From the NCBI GenBank assembly GCA_016869075.1, contig VGEY01000001.1, positions 64,926-128,925 on the forward strand: a stretch of 64,000 nucleotides of DNA, written 5' to 3'. This document shows, one piece after another, positions 36,909 through 45,987 of the stretch (position 1 is its first letter; the number at the start of each line of letters is the position of its first letter). Position numbers and translations under genes: made by a program. The DNA is from Alphaproteobacteria bacterium (GTDB lineage: Bacteria; Pseudomonadota; Alphaproteobacteria; Paracaedibacterales; VGCI01). A model generated the notes under the pieces. That model made no database searches and was not told the origin of the DNA. It was given only the letters and a program-made list of their open reading frames with translations.

Positions 36909-39002
36909 ATGGCCACTCATGGGAATTTTATGTTTTTAAACCAACCTATTACATGTCTCTCAGGTGTTGGAACCAAGCGCCGCAGCTTATTTGAACGCTT
37001 GCTTGGCTTACGGGTTATAGATGCGCTCATGCATTTACCATGTGATATTGTCCACCGACGTTTTGTAAAAAATGTCTCTCAAGGTCAAGAGGGAGAAGTC
37101 ATTGCAATCGTGGCAGAAGTTGCAAAACACAGCCCTTCTTTTCATCCTCGAAAACCTTATTCAGTTTCATGTTTTGATGGGACATCTTTCTTTGACTTAG
37201 TTTTTTTTCGAGGAAAGGCTTCTTATTTACAATCTGCTCTGCCTATCAATTCTAAACGTCTGATTTCAGGAAAATTGGAAAGATTTCAAGACCGGTGGAA
37301 AATCACACACCCAGATTATATTACGACACCTGACAATCTAACCCTAGTATCCGGCGCTGAGCCCATATATCCTTTAACAACCGGTATAACGAATAAATGC
37401 ATTAACCGCCTCATGAAATCAGCTCTGATCAATCTTCCTGAATTACCAGAATGGCTTGATGAAACAACAAGAAATCAGTGGCCTCGGTGGCATGAAGCAA
37501 TTCAATGCGTTCATTCTCCTGAAACTTCTCAAGACTTAAATATCACTTCCCCTGCTCGTTTGCGCCTTGCGTATGACGAATTGTTAGCCCACCAACTTTC
37601 TCTTACATTAACGCGCAAGCATCAGCATACAAAAGCTCAAGGACAAACTCTTCTAGGAAATGGGCGTATTACGGCTAAATTGCGCGCGGCACTTCCCTTC
37701 ACTCTCACGCCTGGTCAAGAAAAAGCCATCACGGAGATTAGTCAAGACATGGCTTCATCTCACCAAATGCATCGTCTTCTGCAAGGAGATGTTGGGTGTG
37801 GAAAAACCATTGTTGCCCTCATGGCAATGGCCCAAGCCGCTGAAGCGGGCTATCAAGCAGCAATCCTCGCTCCTACAGATATTCTAGCCCGTCAGCATGC
37901 GGCGAAATTGGCTCCTTTATGCGCAGCATGTGGTATACGACTCGAGATTCTCACAGCACGTGAGCAAGGTAAAAGACGTACACAAATATTAAAGGGTTTA
38001 GGGGATCACCAAATAGATATCTTGGTTGGAACCCATGCTATCATTCAAGAGAGCGTTGAATTTGCAAAATTGGGGTTAGCCGTCATTGATGAGCAACACC
38101 GTTTTGGCGTAGAGCAACGGCTTGCCCTCATGCAAAAAGGAAACAATCCTGATGTATTGGCTATGACAGCCACTCCTATACCCCGCACGCTTATGCTGGC
38201 CAATTATGGGGATATGGACTTTTCCTTTATTCAAGACAAACCGTTGGGTCGACAACCTATTAGCACGCGTGTTCTTCCTCTCAGTCGTTTGGATGAGGTC
38301 ATTACAGGTATTGGTCGTGCACTCTCGACTGGAGCTAAAATATATTGGGTTTGCCCCCTTATTGAGGAATCTGAAGCTTTAGATTTAGCTGCCGCTGTAA
38401 ATCGTAAAGATACATTGGCTCAATTATTTCCTGGTAAAGTAGGCCTTGTGCACGGAAAACTTAAAGCTGAGGAAAAAGACGCTGTTATGAATAAATTCAT
38501 CAATGGCTCTCTCAACATTCTCATTGCAACAACCGTTATTGAAATTGGTGTGGATGTTCCTGATGCCTCAATCATGGTCATTGAGCATGCAGAACGTTTT
38601 GGACTTGCACAACTTCACCAACTTCGGGGACGCATTGGAAGAGGAAATCAGGCGTCTACTTGTTTACTCCTCTATAGTAATGCCCTTACGCCGGTGGGAC
38701 GAAAAAGACTTGAAATTATGCGCCAAACCAACGACGGATTTCTAATTTCCGAAGAGGACTTAAAACTGCGCGGAAGTGGGGAGTTGTTAGGAACAAAACA
38801 GAGTGGCCTGCCACGGTTCCGTATTGCAGATTTTTCTTCCAATCCAGATATATACGCAGAGCTTCTTGCAATGGCCAATAAGGATGCACGCCGGATTTGC
38901 CAAGAAGATCCAACTCTATCAACACCCCGCGGCCAAGCTTTACAAATTCTGTTATCTTTACAAGGTCGTGACAATGCCGCCAAATATAGTCGTTCTGGAT
39001 GA
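36909..39002 (+). CDS. recG: ATP-dependent DNA helicase RecG
   Basis: Wedge domain, then helicase motifs LLQGDVGCGKT, DEQHRFGV, MTATPIPRT and QLHQLRGRIGRG. Confidence 0.9.
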   Translation: MATHGNFMFLNQPITCLSGVGTKRRSLFERLLGLRVIDALMHLPCDIVHRRFVKNVSQGQEGEVIAIVAEVAKHSPSFHPRKPYSVSCFDGTSFFDLVFFRGKASYLQSALPINSKRLISGKLERFQDRWKITHPDYITTPDNLTLVSGAEPIYPLTTGITNKCINRLMKSALINLPELPEWLDETTRNQWPRWHEAIQCVHSPETSQDLNITSPARLRLAYDELLAHQLSLTLTRKHQHTKAQGQTLLGNGRITAKLRAALPFTLTPGQEKAITEISQDMASSHQMHRLLQGDVGCGKTIVALMAMAQAAEAGYQAAILAPTDILARQHAAKLAPLCAACGIRLEILTAREQGKRRTQILKGLGDHQIDILVGTHAIIQESVEFAKLGLAVIDEQHRFGVEQRLALMQKGNNPDVLAMTATPIPRTLMLANYGDMDFSFIQDKPLGRQPISTRVLPLSRLDEVITGIGRALSTGAKIYWVCPLIEESEALDLAAAVNRKDTLAQLFPGKVGLVHGKLKAEEKDAVMNKFINGSLNILIATTVIEIGVDVPDASIMVIEHAERFGLAQLHQLRGRIGRGNQASTCLLLYSNALTPVGRKRLEIMRQTNDGFLISEEDLKLRGSGELLGTKQSGLPRFRIADFSSNPDIYAELLAMANKDARRICQEDPTLSTPRGQALQILLSLQGRDNAAKYSRSG

Positions 39003-39009
39003 GAAAGTA

Positions 39010-39546
39010 TCATAGAGGCCCCCTTTCGACTAAAGCAGCTACCGCCTGATCCTTTTCTTTGCTGCCTCTTGAGGATCCAAACTCAAACGTATAGGCATCT
39101 TTCAGGCATGCACCAAAAATGCCTGCAATAGTTGAAATAATCCCAATGGCTTCTCCTGGAAGAGATTCGGAGTAGAAACTCAAAGATAATAAACACAGCA
39201 CTAGACCAACAGCAGCTGCAATAACCATGACGTCAGCCCGAACGTTTGATCGTCCTGCATTTATAATGGCAATATCCCTTAATCGTGCATCCTGTCGATC
39301 TTTCATAACTGCAAGTTCAATTTCCGCTTCCACTTGAATAATGGCTTTTTGAAATTCGCTCACCATACCTGAATTTTCTTGCAAACGCTGGATAGCTTCT
39401 ACTGGATCAAGTGTTCCAGTAATTTTTTGCGCAATATCGACAACTTTTGCAGCAACATCTTGTGCATGTTCTCCCCCAAGCCATCGAGCTATGATGGGGG
39501 CAAATCCAGCCAAACCTAAAGCAGCTGCGATTATGGGAAATGCCAT
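39010..39546 (-). CDS. holin, 3-TM GTA-release type (GTA_holin_3TM-like)
   Basis: Hydrophobic N-terminus MAFPIIAAALGLAGFAPII. Central segment RDIAIINAGRSNVRAD followed by TM segments. C-terminal FEFGSSRGSKEK motif that I associate with this family. Last gene after the hydrolase. Confidence 0.6.
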   Translation of the reverse strand: MAFPIIAAALGLAGFAPIIARWLGGEHAQDVAAKVVDIAQKITGTLDPVEAIQRLQENSGMVSEFQKAIIQVEAEIELAVMKDRQDARLRDIAIINAGRSNVRADVMVIAAAVGLVLCLLSLSFYSESLPGEAIGIISTIAGIFGACLKDAYTFEFGSSRGSKEKDQAVAALVERGPL

Positions 39547-39547
39547 C

Positions 39548-39979
39548 TTAGTCTCCTATTCCTAATTGATAAAATAAATGATTTGCTATACGAACCTTAG
39601 GTGTCCGCCCCCTTGCCCACGGAGGATAAACCTTTAATTTTGCAGCATGGTAGTGGTCACTCCCTTTTGTTAAATCTGGCCATTGTTGTTCGATTACTTT
39701 TAAGGCAACTTCCTGACAGATCTGAAAAATTGGATCCTCAATATACTTTTGTAAAAGAATGTGGCGGTTGGGATCTCCTTCATTCCAACAAGAAAACTGG
39801 GCGGGCTTATGGCAAATTTCTTTTATTGATTTTCCAAACCAATTTTGAATTTTGTATCGATTCATAACCACATTACCAACAGCAATTAATGAAGCGAGAC
39901 CTCCTTCACTATGAAAGTATTCTCCACGCGCCTCACCATAAATTGTGCGTGCCAAGATTTGAACAGTATCAAAATTCAT
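39548..39979 (-). CDS. cell wall hydrolase, SleB/Hydrolase_2 family (probable endolysin)
   Basis: LARTIYGEARGE...VGNVVMNRYK...ICHKPAQFSCWN...HYHA is the typical SleB-type cell wall hydrolase pattern. Confidence 0.8.
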   Translation of the reverse strand: MNFDTVQILARTIYGEARGEYFHSEGGLASLIAVGNVVMNRYKIQNWFGKSIKEICHKPAQFSCWNEGDPNRHILLQKYIEDPIFQICQEVALKVIEQQWPDLTKGSDHYHAAKLKVYPPWARGRTPKVRIANHLFYQLGIGD

Positions 39980-40356
39980 TTTTGTATTTCCGGAATTTCT
40001 AACAAAAGTGCCCAGTTTTTTTGATCTTTATCAAACTCAGACGATGTATGAGAAAGTATGCAACTGTACAAATGTTGCTTTATCTGGACCCAATCAAGAA
40101 CACGATAAGACGTTTGAGGCTGCCAATGGCCGCGTGGTGTTGGTATTGCTTTCGGTAGTGTAATTTTTCCCAAAATATTTCCAAAAGTCCCTTGAATTGT
40201 TAATTGATCTCCGTCTTGAATAATTTCCGCAATCCCCTCAGCTACTGGTGGCGTTGATTCTAAACTTTTAAGACGCTTTTCGAGTGTTAGGAAATTCCCA
40301 TCCATTTCTTCTATGGTCAGTGGTTCATTTTTTTGATGGCGATAGATAATTCCCAT
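39976..40356 (-). CDS. small phage tail-fibre-like protein with a possible CBM5/12-like C-terminus
   Basis: The N-terminus PLTIEEMDGNFLTLEKRLKSLE resembles tail-fibre N-termini. The C-terminus W-x5-Y-x5-W-V-x6-Y-x-C-x3-H-x10-W resembles the aromatic spacing of small carbohydrate-binding modules. Both are pattern-level only. Confidence 0.4.
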   Translation of the reverse strand: MGIIYRHQKNEPLTIEEMDGNFLTLEKRLKSLESTPPVAEGIAEIIQDGDQLTIQGTFGNILGKITLPKAIPTPRGHWQPQTSYRVLDWVQIKQHLYSCILSHTSSEFDKDQKNWALLLEIPEIQK

Positions 40357-40361
40357 ATTTT

Positions 40362-41159
40362 TTATTTCCCCCTTTTATAAAATAAATATCCATTTGCTAA
40401 GCGATAGGAAGAATAAGGAATTTTTAAATTCTCACCATTTTCATCCACGCCAAGTTTAAGATAAATTACAGACATTCCCGCTTCGAGTGATTCTCTAAGT
40501 GTTCGTTGTTCATCTGGTTGCCAAGTATCTTGAAAAAGTATCTCCGGTGACGACACTAACCCCTGCTCACGCCAATTAAGAAGTGAGGTTGGCAGTATGA
40601 TTGTTTCATCTCTCAGTGTGTCTAATGTAAAAACAAAGGGCTGAATATCATCTTCTACTTGTAGACCGCCAAATGCCCAAAGCACATGCTCGCTCCTCGT
40701 TCCTTTGTCTTGTAGGTGCCAGGAAATGGCGCGCCCTTCAGGCTGTACACAAAATGTTTTTACATAAAGATGGGGCCCAGGTAACTCCAGAACATAATCA
40801 GAAAATTGGACACCAAGGAAAGGAATATTTTCTTGCCCAGAAATTTTTTGATAATTTCCAGTTCCTTGAAACGTTACTCTTACATGCGAAAAAACATTCC
40901 GCGCGCTATACACCTGACAGTAAGTGCTCCTATCAAACTTTGCAGTAGCTGTTCTGTTCTCAAGCCAAATAGGAGTGAGATGAACATGAAGCTCTATAAC
41001 AGAAGGGAACATCTGCTCGACGAGCCAGCTGCCAGCATCCTTTACTCCTCCAAATTGGCAATGAGGATCTTCTCCATTAAAACTATCAGTTGCAAGTGCT
41101 GCATATCCAACTGGATAAGGTTTAAGCGTCGCACTTCGTAAGCCACGATCAAATCTCAT
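40362..41159 (-). CDS. phage-cluster protein of unknown function (265 aa from ATG 41159)
   Basis: ATG 41159 overlaps the upstream TGA (ATGA), indicating translational coupling. No family recognised. Confidence 0.5.
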   Translation of the reverse strand: MRFDRGLRSATLKPYPVGYAALATDSFNGEDPHCQFGGVKDAGSWLVEQMFPSVIELHVHLTPIWLENRTATAKFDRSTYCQVYSARNVFSHVRVTFQGTGNYQKISGQENIPFLGVQFSDYVLELPGPHLYVKTFCVQPEGRAISWHLQDKGTRSEHVLWAFGGLQVEDDIQPFVFTLDTLRDETIILPTSLLNWREQGLVSSPEILFQDTWQPDEQRTLRESLEAGMSVIYLKLGVDENGENLKIPYSSYRLANGYLFYKRGK

Positions 41160-42856
41160 AGATGAACTTCTCCTGCTAAATCTACCTGCTTTGGTGCTGT
41201 CCATTCTCGAAGAATTTCTAGATTGATGGTATGTTCAAGAACACTTCGACCTTTTAAACTCTTCAAATCAAGTGAGATGACGGTTGGAACCTCTTCCAAT
41301 GCACCCCTTAAATTTTGGCGAATGGGATATTGCTGGCTTTGTAAAAAACTAATTTGCTTTTCAGCATCATGGCTTACGAAAACTTCACGCAAAATGTCAT
41401 GTGCTTCCAATGCCTCCAAACCTAAAATGCCTTCTTTTGTTTTTTGCTGAGAATAATTTTCATAGAATAATCCAGATGCAGTTGCATAAAAATGAGGAAA
41501 GGTTGTATCTCCATAAGCTGAGTCAGCATATAATGTTTGTTTTAACTCAGGTAAAGGATCAGTTTTAGTGCCGATTGAAGCCACAAATCGAAGCCACGCA
41601 TAAGATTTTACTCCATCCTGATAGAGTTTATATGCGATAGCTTTTCCTGAAATCGCGCCTCCTGGAATGCGCTCATCTTTGAGTTGAATTGTATGATCCA
41701 TTGTCAAACCAATCCCCTCGTTGAATGGCATTGTAATTTCAACTTCAAGGCAGCGTGCGCTAGCAGCCAGGTGCGCACGAGCTATTTCCAAAGCATGTTC
41801 AACTGTCTGTCTTCCACGACGTGTTAAGAAAAAAGTACTTGTGGCTTCATGATGACCTGAGAGTGCTTCTACTTGCTGCAGTCGTAGATTTAGGACACGC
41901 CTTAATGGCCGAATTGTTCCGTCAAGTTGTGTTTTATGTTTAAGTGTGAATTGAACAATTTCTCGTCTCTTCTGACGATAGCGCCATCCAAGAACAAGAG
42001 TGCCAAACAACCAAACACGACGCCCACGTTCTAACTTTGCCGTCTGAGTGGTATCATCCCAAATCTTTAATTCAGGTGTAAGTGTGGGATATAAATTTAA
42101 TATGCCTGTTTTAGGTGGTTGGATGCGTTTTAATTGGCTTTTGACAACCCAAAATCCTGATCTTCCGATTTTCATGCCTTCCTTGGGCCACGTTGCTTCT
42201 AATGCCTGAGGTGTGAGGGTGTTGATAATTCCACCCGGAAATGCTGACGAAATTTTTGTGCCAAGACTGAGCTCCACTTCTGCCTTCTGAGTCCATTCAG
42301 CTGTTAAGATGACAGATATTTGTGCAAGAGGTGTTTCTGCCAAACTTACTTTTAAACTGTCTGAAAAAAATACATTTGTTAAATCAAGAACATGACGACC
42401 TTGAAATAAATCCGTCACGTAAACCACTCCGCTTACTCGATCCCATGCAAACAAGGCTGTACGCCCCTCTAGCCATTCAGAGGGATTCTGGTATTCTGTA
42501 TGTTCCACAAAAGCAGAATCCCAATAAGGAGCTTGTTTTAAGTCAGCTTCAATTGCTTGAAGTTGTTCAAGAGCATTTATTGGTTCAGCTGTTAACTCTA
42601 AACTGATCACATTATTTTTAATTTTTATAGGAAGGCCAAGAAGTCGACCGGAAAAAATTAATTCATCCCCTACCGAGATATAGACGTGTCGCTGCTCCAA
42701 GGGGGGTACCTTTATTTGTGCAACAATAACTGTAGCTAATGCCACTTCCCCCTCTCTATGATCAATGGACAATTCTAAAATATCTAAATCACAGCGGGCA
42801 TGAACTCTCGGATCATAGCGCTCTGTTTCTTTGCGCCACGCAAAATATGTTAACAT
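41156..42856 (-). CDS. phage-cluster protein of unknown function (566 aa), candidate tail or baseplate component
   Basis: First gene of the second transcription unit, with GGAG ~10 nt upstream. It is the largest ORF of the cluster. Its position is analogous to the distal-tail or hub genes of siphovirus and GTA clusters. No motif recognised. Confidence 0.5.
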   Translation of the reverse strand: MLTYFAWRKETERYDPRVHARCDLDILELSIDHREGEVALATVIVAQIKVPPLEQRHVYISVGDELIFSGRLLGLPIKIKNNVISLELTAEPINALEQLQAIEADLKQAPYWDSAFVEHTEYQNPSEWLEGRTALFAWDRVSGVVYVTDLFQGRHVLDLTNVFFSDSLKVSLAETPLAQISVILTAEWTQKAEVELSLGTKISSAFPGGIINTLTPQALEATWPKEGMKIGRSGFWVVKSQLKRIQPPKTGILNLYPTLTPELKIWDDTTQTAKLERGRRVWLFGTLVLGWRYRQKRREIVQFTLKHKTQLDGTIRPLRRVLNLRLQQVEALSGHHEATSTFFLTRRGRQTVEHALEIARAHLAASARCLEVEITMPFNEGIGLTMDHTIQLKDERIPGGAISGKAIAYKLYQDGVKSYAWLRFVASIGTKTDPLPELKQTLYADSAYGDTTFPHFYATASGLFYENYSQQKTKEGILGLEALEAHDILREVFVSHDAEKQISFLQSQQYPIRQNLRGALEEVPTVISLDLKSLKGRSVLEHTINLEILREWTAPKQVDLAGEVHL

Positions 42857-42892
42857 CTCTTAAAACTCCAAACGTCGTTTCTCAAATGAATT

Positions 42893-42922
42893 TATGGGCA
42901 AAATAACTTCTCATATGGGCAA
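42893..42922. promoter_or_regulatory. 9-bp direct repeat TATGGGCAA x2, spaced 21 bp, in the divergent intergenic region
   Basis: Copies at 42893-42901 and 42914-42922, between the 566-aa operon start (42856) and the EamA start (42975). Confidence 0.25.
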
Positions 42923-42974
42923 TTATTTCTTTTTTCTCGACTTTCTAACAAAATCCTTGTAAAAAGATAATTTA

Positions 42975-43982
42975 TTGAAATCATTCAAAGTAACATATAA
43001 GGCTATGACTAAGATTCGAACCTCTTCTCTCGCCCAGACGGATGAAAGTATTCAAGAAATGTTGCCTCAGCCTCTTTCAACAAATCCTTTTTCTTGGTTT
43101 ATGCGTAAAGGGTACCCCCAAGGAGCTTTTTGGGCTGTTATGATAACACTTGTGAGTGTTATCAATGATATTTTAATGCGCCTATTGGGTGCAGGCCTTG
43201 ATGTCATTCAAATTTTCTTTTTCAGATTTTTCTTCGGCATGTTATCTGTTATCCCTCTCATGCTATCTCATGGTTCTATTTTGTTTAAAACTTCCAGACC
43301 TTGGATGCACTTCTGGCGTGCTCTCTTAGGTGTGGGAGCTATTGGTGGTGCTTGTTATTCCGTAAATTTGTTACCTTTATCTGACAACACTATTATTATG
43401 TCCTCTCAACCCTTCTTTTTCCTCCCATTAGCGGTTCTTTTCTTACGTGAAAAAGTTGATTTAACCCGTTGGATTGCTATCCTTATTGGCTTCATAGGCC
43501 TTCTTATTATGTTTCAGCCAGGCGCAGAGTCCTTACGCATTGTTGCCCTTGTTCCCATTATCGCCGCACTCCTTTTTGCAATGAGTGATGTTGTAGCTAA
43601 AAAAATGGTTGTTACAGAAAGTACTCAATGCATGTTGTTTTACTTTGCGGTAGGTACGACTCTAATTACACTTATCCCAGCCATCCTCGTTTGGAAAACT
43701 CCATCTTGGTACGAATTGGGAATGCTTGCACTTCTAGGAATCGGCGGAAATTTAATCCAAGTCTGTATGATTCGCGCCTTTTCAGCAACGGAGGCCTCTG
43801 CCTTAAGTCCATTCCGATATGTTGAATTCATTTTTTCAGCATTGTTTGGTTTCCTACTATTTGCTGAAGTTCCAACACTTGTAACCCTTATTGGTGCAGC
43901 CTTTATTATCGCTGGAACTGCTTACATTAGTTATTACGAAGCTTTAAAAGAACACAAAAAAAACTTAAAGTTTAACTTATAG
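42975..43982 (+). CDS. EamA/DMT-superfamily transporter
   Basis: Ten predicted TM helices in a duplicated EamA arrangement. The start is TTG 42975 or ATG 43005. Confidence 0.85.
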   Translation: MKSFKVTYKAMTKIRTSSLAQTDESIQEMLPQPLSTNPFSWFMRKGYPQGAFWAVMITLVSVINDILMRLLGAGLDVIQIFFFRFFFGMLSVIPLMLSHGSILFKTSRPWMHFWRALLGVGAIGGACYSVNLLPLSDNTIIMSSQPFFFLPLAVLFLREKVDLTRWIAILIGFIGLLIMFQPGAESLRIVALVPIIAALLFAMSDVVAKKMVVTESTQCMLFYFAVGTTLITLIPAILVWKTPSWYELGMLALLGIGGNLIQVCMIRAFSATEASALSPFRYVEFIFSALFGFLLFAEVPTLVTLIGAAFIIAGTAYISYYEALKEHKKNLKFNL

Positions 43983-43987
43983 TTGCT

Positions 43988-44491
43988 TTAAATCTCTTCG
44001 AGTTCTAGTTTCCATCCAGCCTTTAGACCCCACTCATTTGTTGTAAGAGTAAATACGATTACACGCATGTTAAGCCATGGTCGATAACTCAAAAAAATGA
44101 CTTCATCCCGTTTTTTATTAATAGCTACTTTTCTTCCTGACACCTCCTTAATCTCAATATTTTTTCTATCTTGAGTAACAGCAAAAAGTGAACCCTCAAT
44201 TGGATCTCGCTCTAAATGTGCCTCTTGACCACTCACCTTTTGCCATAAGCGTTGAATACAACCTACGCGTACTTCGCTTCCACGCCAAAACCCCTCTAAA
44301 GCCAAAGACGCCTTATCTTCACAAGAAATAATAGAGCGATATTTATGCCCACTTTCTTTTCCCACATAAATGAGGGACCCATTGATGGTACGTCGTAAAA
44401 GTCCCGATTCAATAGGAATAAGGTTTTGTATGCATCCGCGTGCTGAAAGAGGAGGAAACCCTCCCCGGCTTAATATAAGTTCAGACTCCAT
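43988..44491 (-). CDS. phage-cluster protein of unknown function (167 aa) in the position of a major tail protein
   Basis: Last gene of the head-neck unit. It does not resemble the TP901-1/RcGTA g9-type tail proteins as I recall them. Confidence 0.45.
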   Translation of the reverse strand: MESELILSRGGFPPLSARGCIQNLIPIESGLLRRTINGSLIYVGKESGHKYRSIISCEDKASLALEGFWRGSEVRVGCIQRLWQKVSGQEAHLERDPIEGSLFAVTQDRKNIEIKEVSGRKVAINKKRDEVIFLSYRPWLNMRVIVFTLTTNEWGLKAGWKLELEEI

Positions 44492-44523
44492 GCTTTTTCT
44501 CTATAGACCTTTAAATAATATGT

Positions 44524-44655
44524 TTATTGAGCCCATCTTGGTAAATCTACAATGCGCCCTCTACTGGTTCGTCGAAAATAAAGTGTAAGTGCATCTACAG
44601 TTTCATCTTCGTTGAAGTCCTCTTTATCGGGTAGAATTTCAAGATCTTCTTCCAT
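44524..44655 (-). CDS. possible 43-aa acidic protein (below the ORF-track cutoff)
   Basis: Hand translation gives MEEDLEILPDKEDFNEDETVDALTLYFRRTSRGRIVDLPRWAQ*. The start is 6 nt after the DUF3168-like gene stop, and AAGAGG lies upstream. Confidence 0.35.
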   Translation of the reverse strand: MEEDLEILPDKEDFNEDETVDALTLYFRRTSRGRIVDLPRWAQ

Positions 44656-44661
44656 TCCAAT

Positions 44662-45084
44662 TTAACCTCTTACAAGTGAATCATAAAAATGATAAACGGC
44701 TTTGACTGGCTGATGACCAAACACCTTTCCAGAAGGTTCCGTGACACATCCTAAAAAACGAACTGTTGCTGTCTTATCTGCTGATAATTTTTCAGACAAC
44801 CACAGTGTTGCACCTTCTAATACTTCTCTTACTTTGCTTGATAACGAGGCAGCTTCTTCCATGCCAGGACTATGAGAATAAATACCAACTTTGAATTTTA
44901 CGCGTGTCTGCATATTCATTCCGAGCATATTTGTATCCATTACATACGGAGACCAGACCTCTTCCAACTCAATCAAAATAAGGGGGTAAAGTGCATTTGG
45001 AGGAATTGCAAGATGTATTCTCTGAGATGAATCAGCATTTAAGAGACGCTCTCTTACTGCAGTAATAATTTGAAAATCACTCAC
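44662..45084 (-). CDS. DUF3168-like neck / tail-completion protein
   Basis: Size, position after the head-tail adaptor, and the N-terminal pattern ...VRERL...IPPNALYPLILIELEEV. Confidence 0.65.
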   Translation of the reverse strand: MSDFQIITAVRERLLNADSSQRIHLAIPPNALYPLILIELEEVWSPYVMDTNMLGMNMQTRVKFKVGIYSHSPGMEEAASLSSKVREVLEGATLWLSEKLSADKTATVRFLGCVTEPSGKVFGHQPVKAVYHFYDSLVRG

Positions 45085-45412
45085 CTTCCTCTCCCACCTT
45101 ATACATTAAACAAGTCATCCATTGCCTCGTCTCATCTATTAAAGGTGGACAAAGTAATGCCAAAATAATTTCATCCCACTTTATGCGTGCAAATTTCATT
45201 CTATGATATCGCATAGTTACCTTATATTTTGTTTGAGGTGGCGCAACATTATTCCAATTTTCTCCATAGGACTCTTGACCTATAAAGCAAACTATTTTTG
45301 CCCAAACATAATTTATTTGCTGCCAATTCTCTTTAAAGGAACCATCTTTTTCTTCAACAATGTGCCTGCGCAAAAGAATGATACGGTCTTTTAGTTCTTG
45401 AATACGTGTCAT
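45077..45412 (-). CDS. phage head-tail adaptor / head-closure protein
   Basis: 111 aa. ELKDRIILLR...DGSFKENWQQINYVWAKI is the typical head-closure pattern. Overlaps both neighbouring genes. Confidence 0.72.
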   Translation of the reverse strand: MTRIQELKDRIILLRRHIVEEKDGSFKENWQQINYVWAKIVCFIGQESYGENWNNVAPPQTKYKVTMRYHRMKFARIKWDEIILALLCPPLIDETRQWMTCLMYKVGEEGE

Positions 45413-45984
45413 GGCAACCTCAAAGTTCGATACGTATCTAAAATCTCACGGACCAAAGAATTATGAACCAGAGATGCAGGATTTTGAAGTGAACTCCGAT
45501 GTTCATAAAAATCTGCAATACAGATTAATATTGCCTGTCGAAGAACAGAAGGTATATCATTTGGCCTATCTCCATATCCACTTTCATATTCAATTTCCAC
45601 CGGCTCTGATACATCTGCAAAAACAAGTCTTGGCACTTGATGATTTAATTCGAGACGATGACGCCGAATGGGTTGTTTTTCTCCTGTTGGCATTAGGCGA
45701 TTCACAGATAAAATTGAACGTAAAGGTGGATACGGTAATGGAACGGAGCAAACATCCATTTCTTCGGTTGATATGAGAGGTGGATAGGCTTTCTGTTTTT
45801 CCCAAATGAGTCTCCAAACTTGTGTTAAAAGAGATCTTCCAAGATATTCCTCCACAAAGCTAGCTGAAGCTTGTATCAAAGGGTGTAAATATTCATCTTC
45901 ATGGGCGTGGTCAAGGCGCAAATGCGCCTTGACCTCAGAAATACCTACAGGAAGAACTTCTAGCACTTTAATGCGTATCAACAT
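45409..45984 (-). CDS. gp6-like head-tail connector protein
   Basis: EVKAHLRLDHAHEDEYLHPLIQASASFVEEYLGRSL is the characteristic N-terminal motif of this family. Confidence 0.72.
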   Translation of the reverse strand: MLIRIKVLEVLPVGISEVKAHLRLDHAHEDEYLHPLIQASASFVEEYLGRSLLTQVWRLIWEKQKAYPPLISTEEMDVCSVPLPYPPLRSILSVNRLMPTGEKQPIRRHRLELNHQVPRLVFADVSEPVEIEYESGYGDRPNDIPSVLRQAILICIADFYEHRSSLQNPASLVHNSLVREILDTYRTLRLP

Positions 45985-45987
45985 GTG

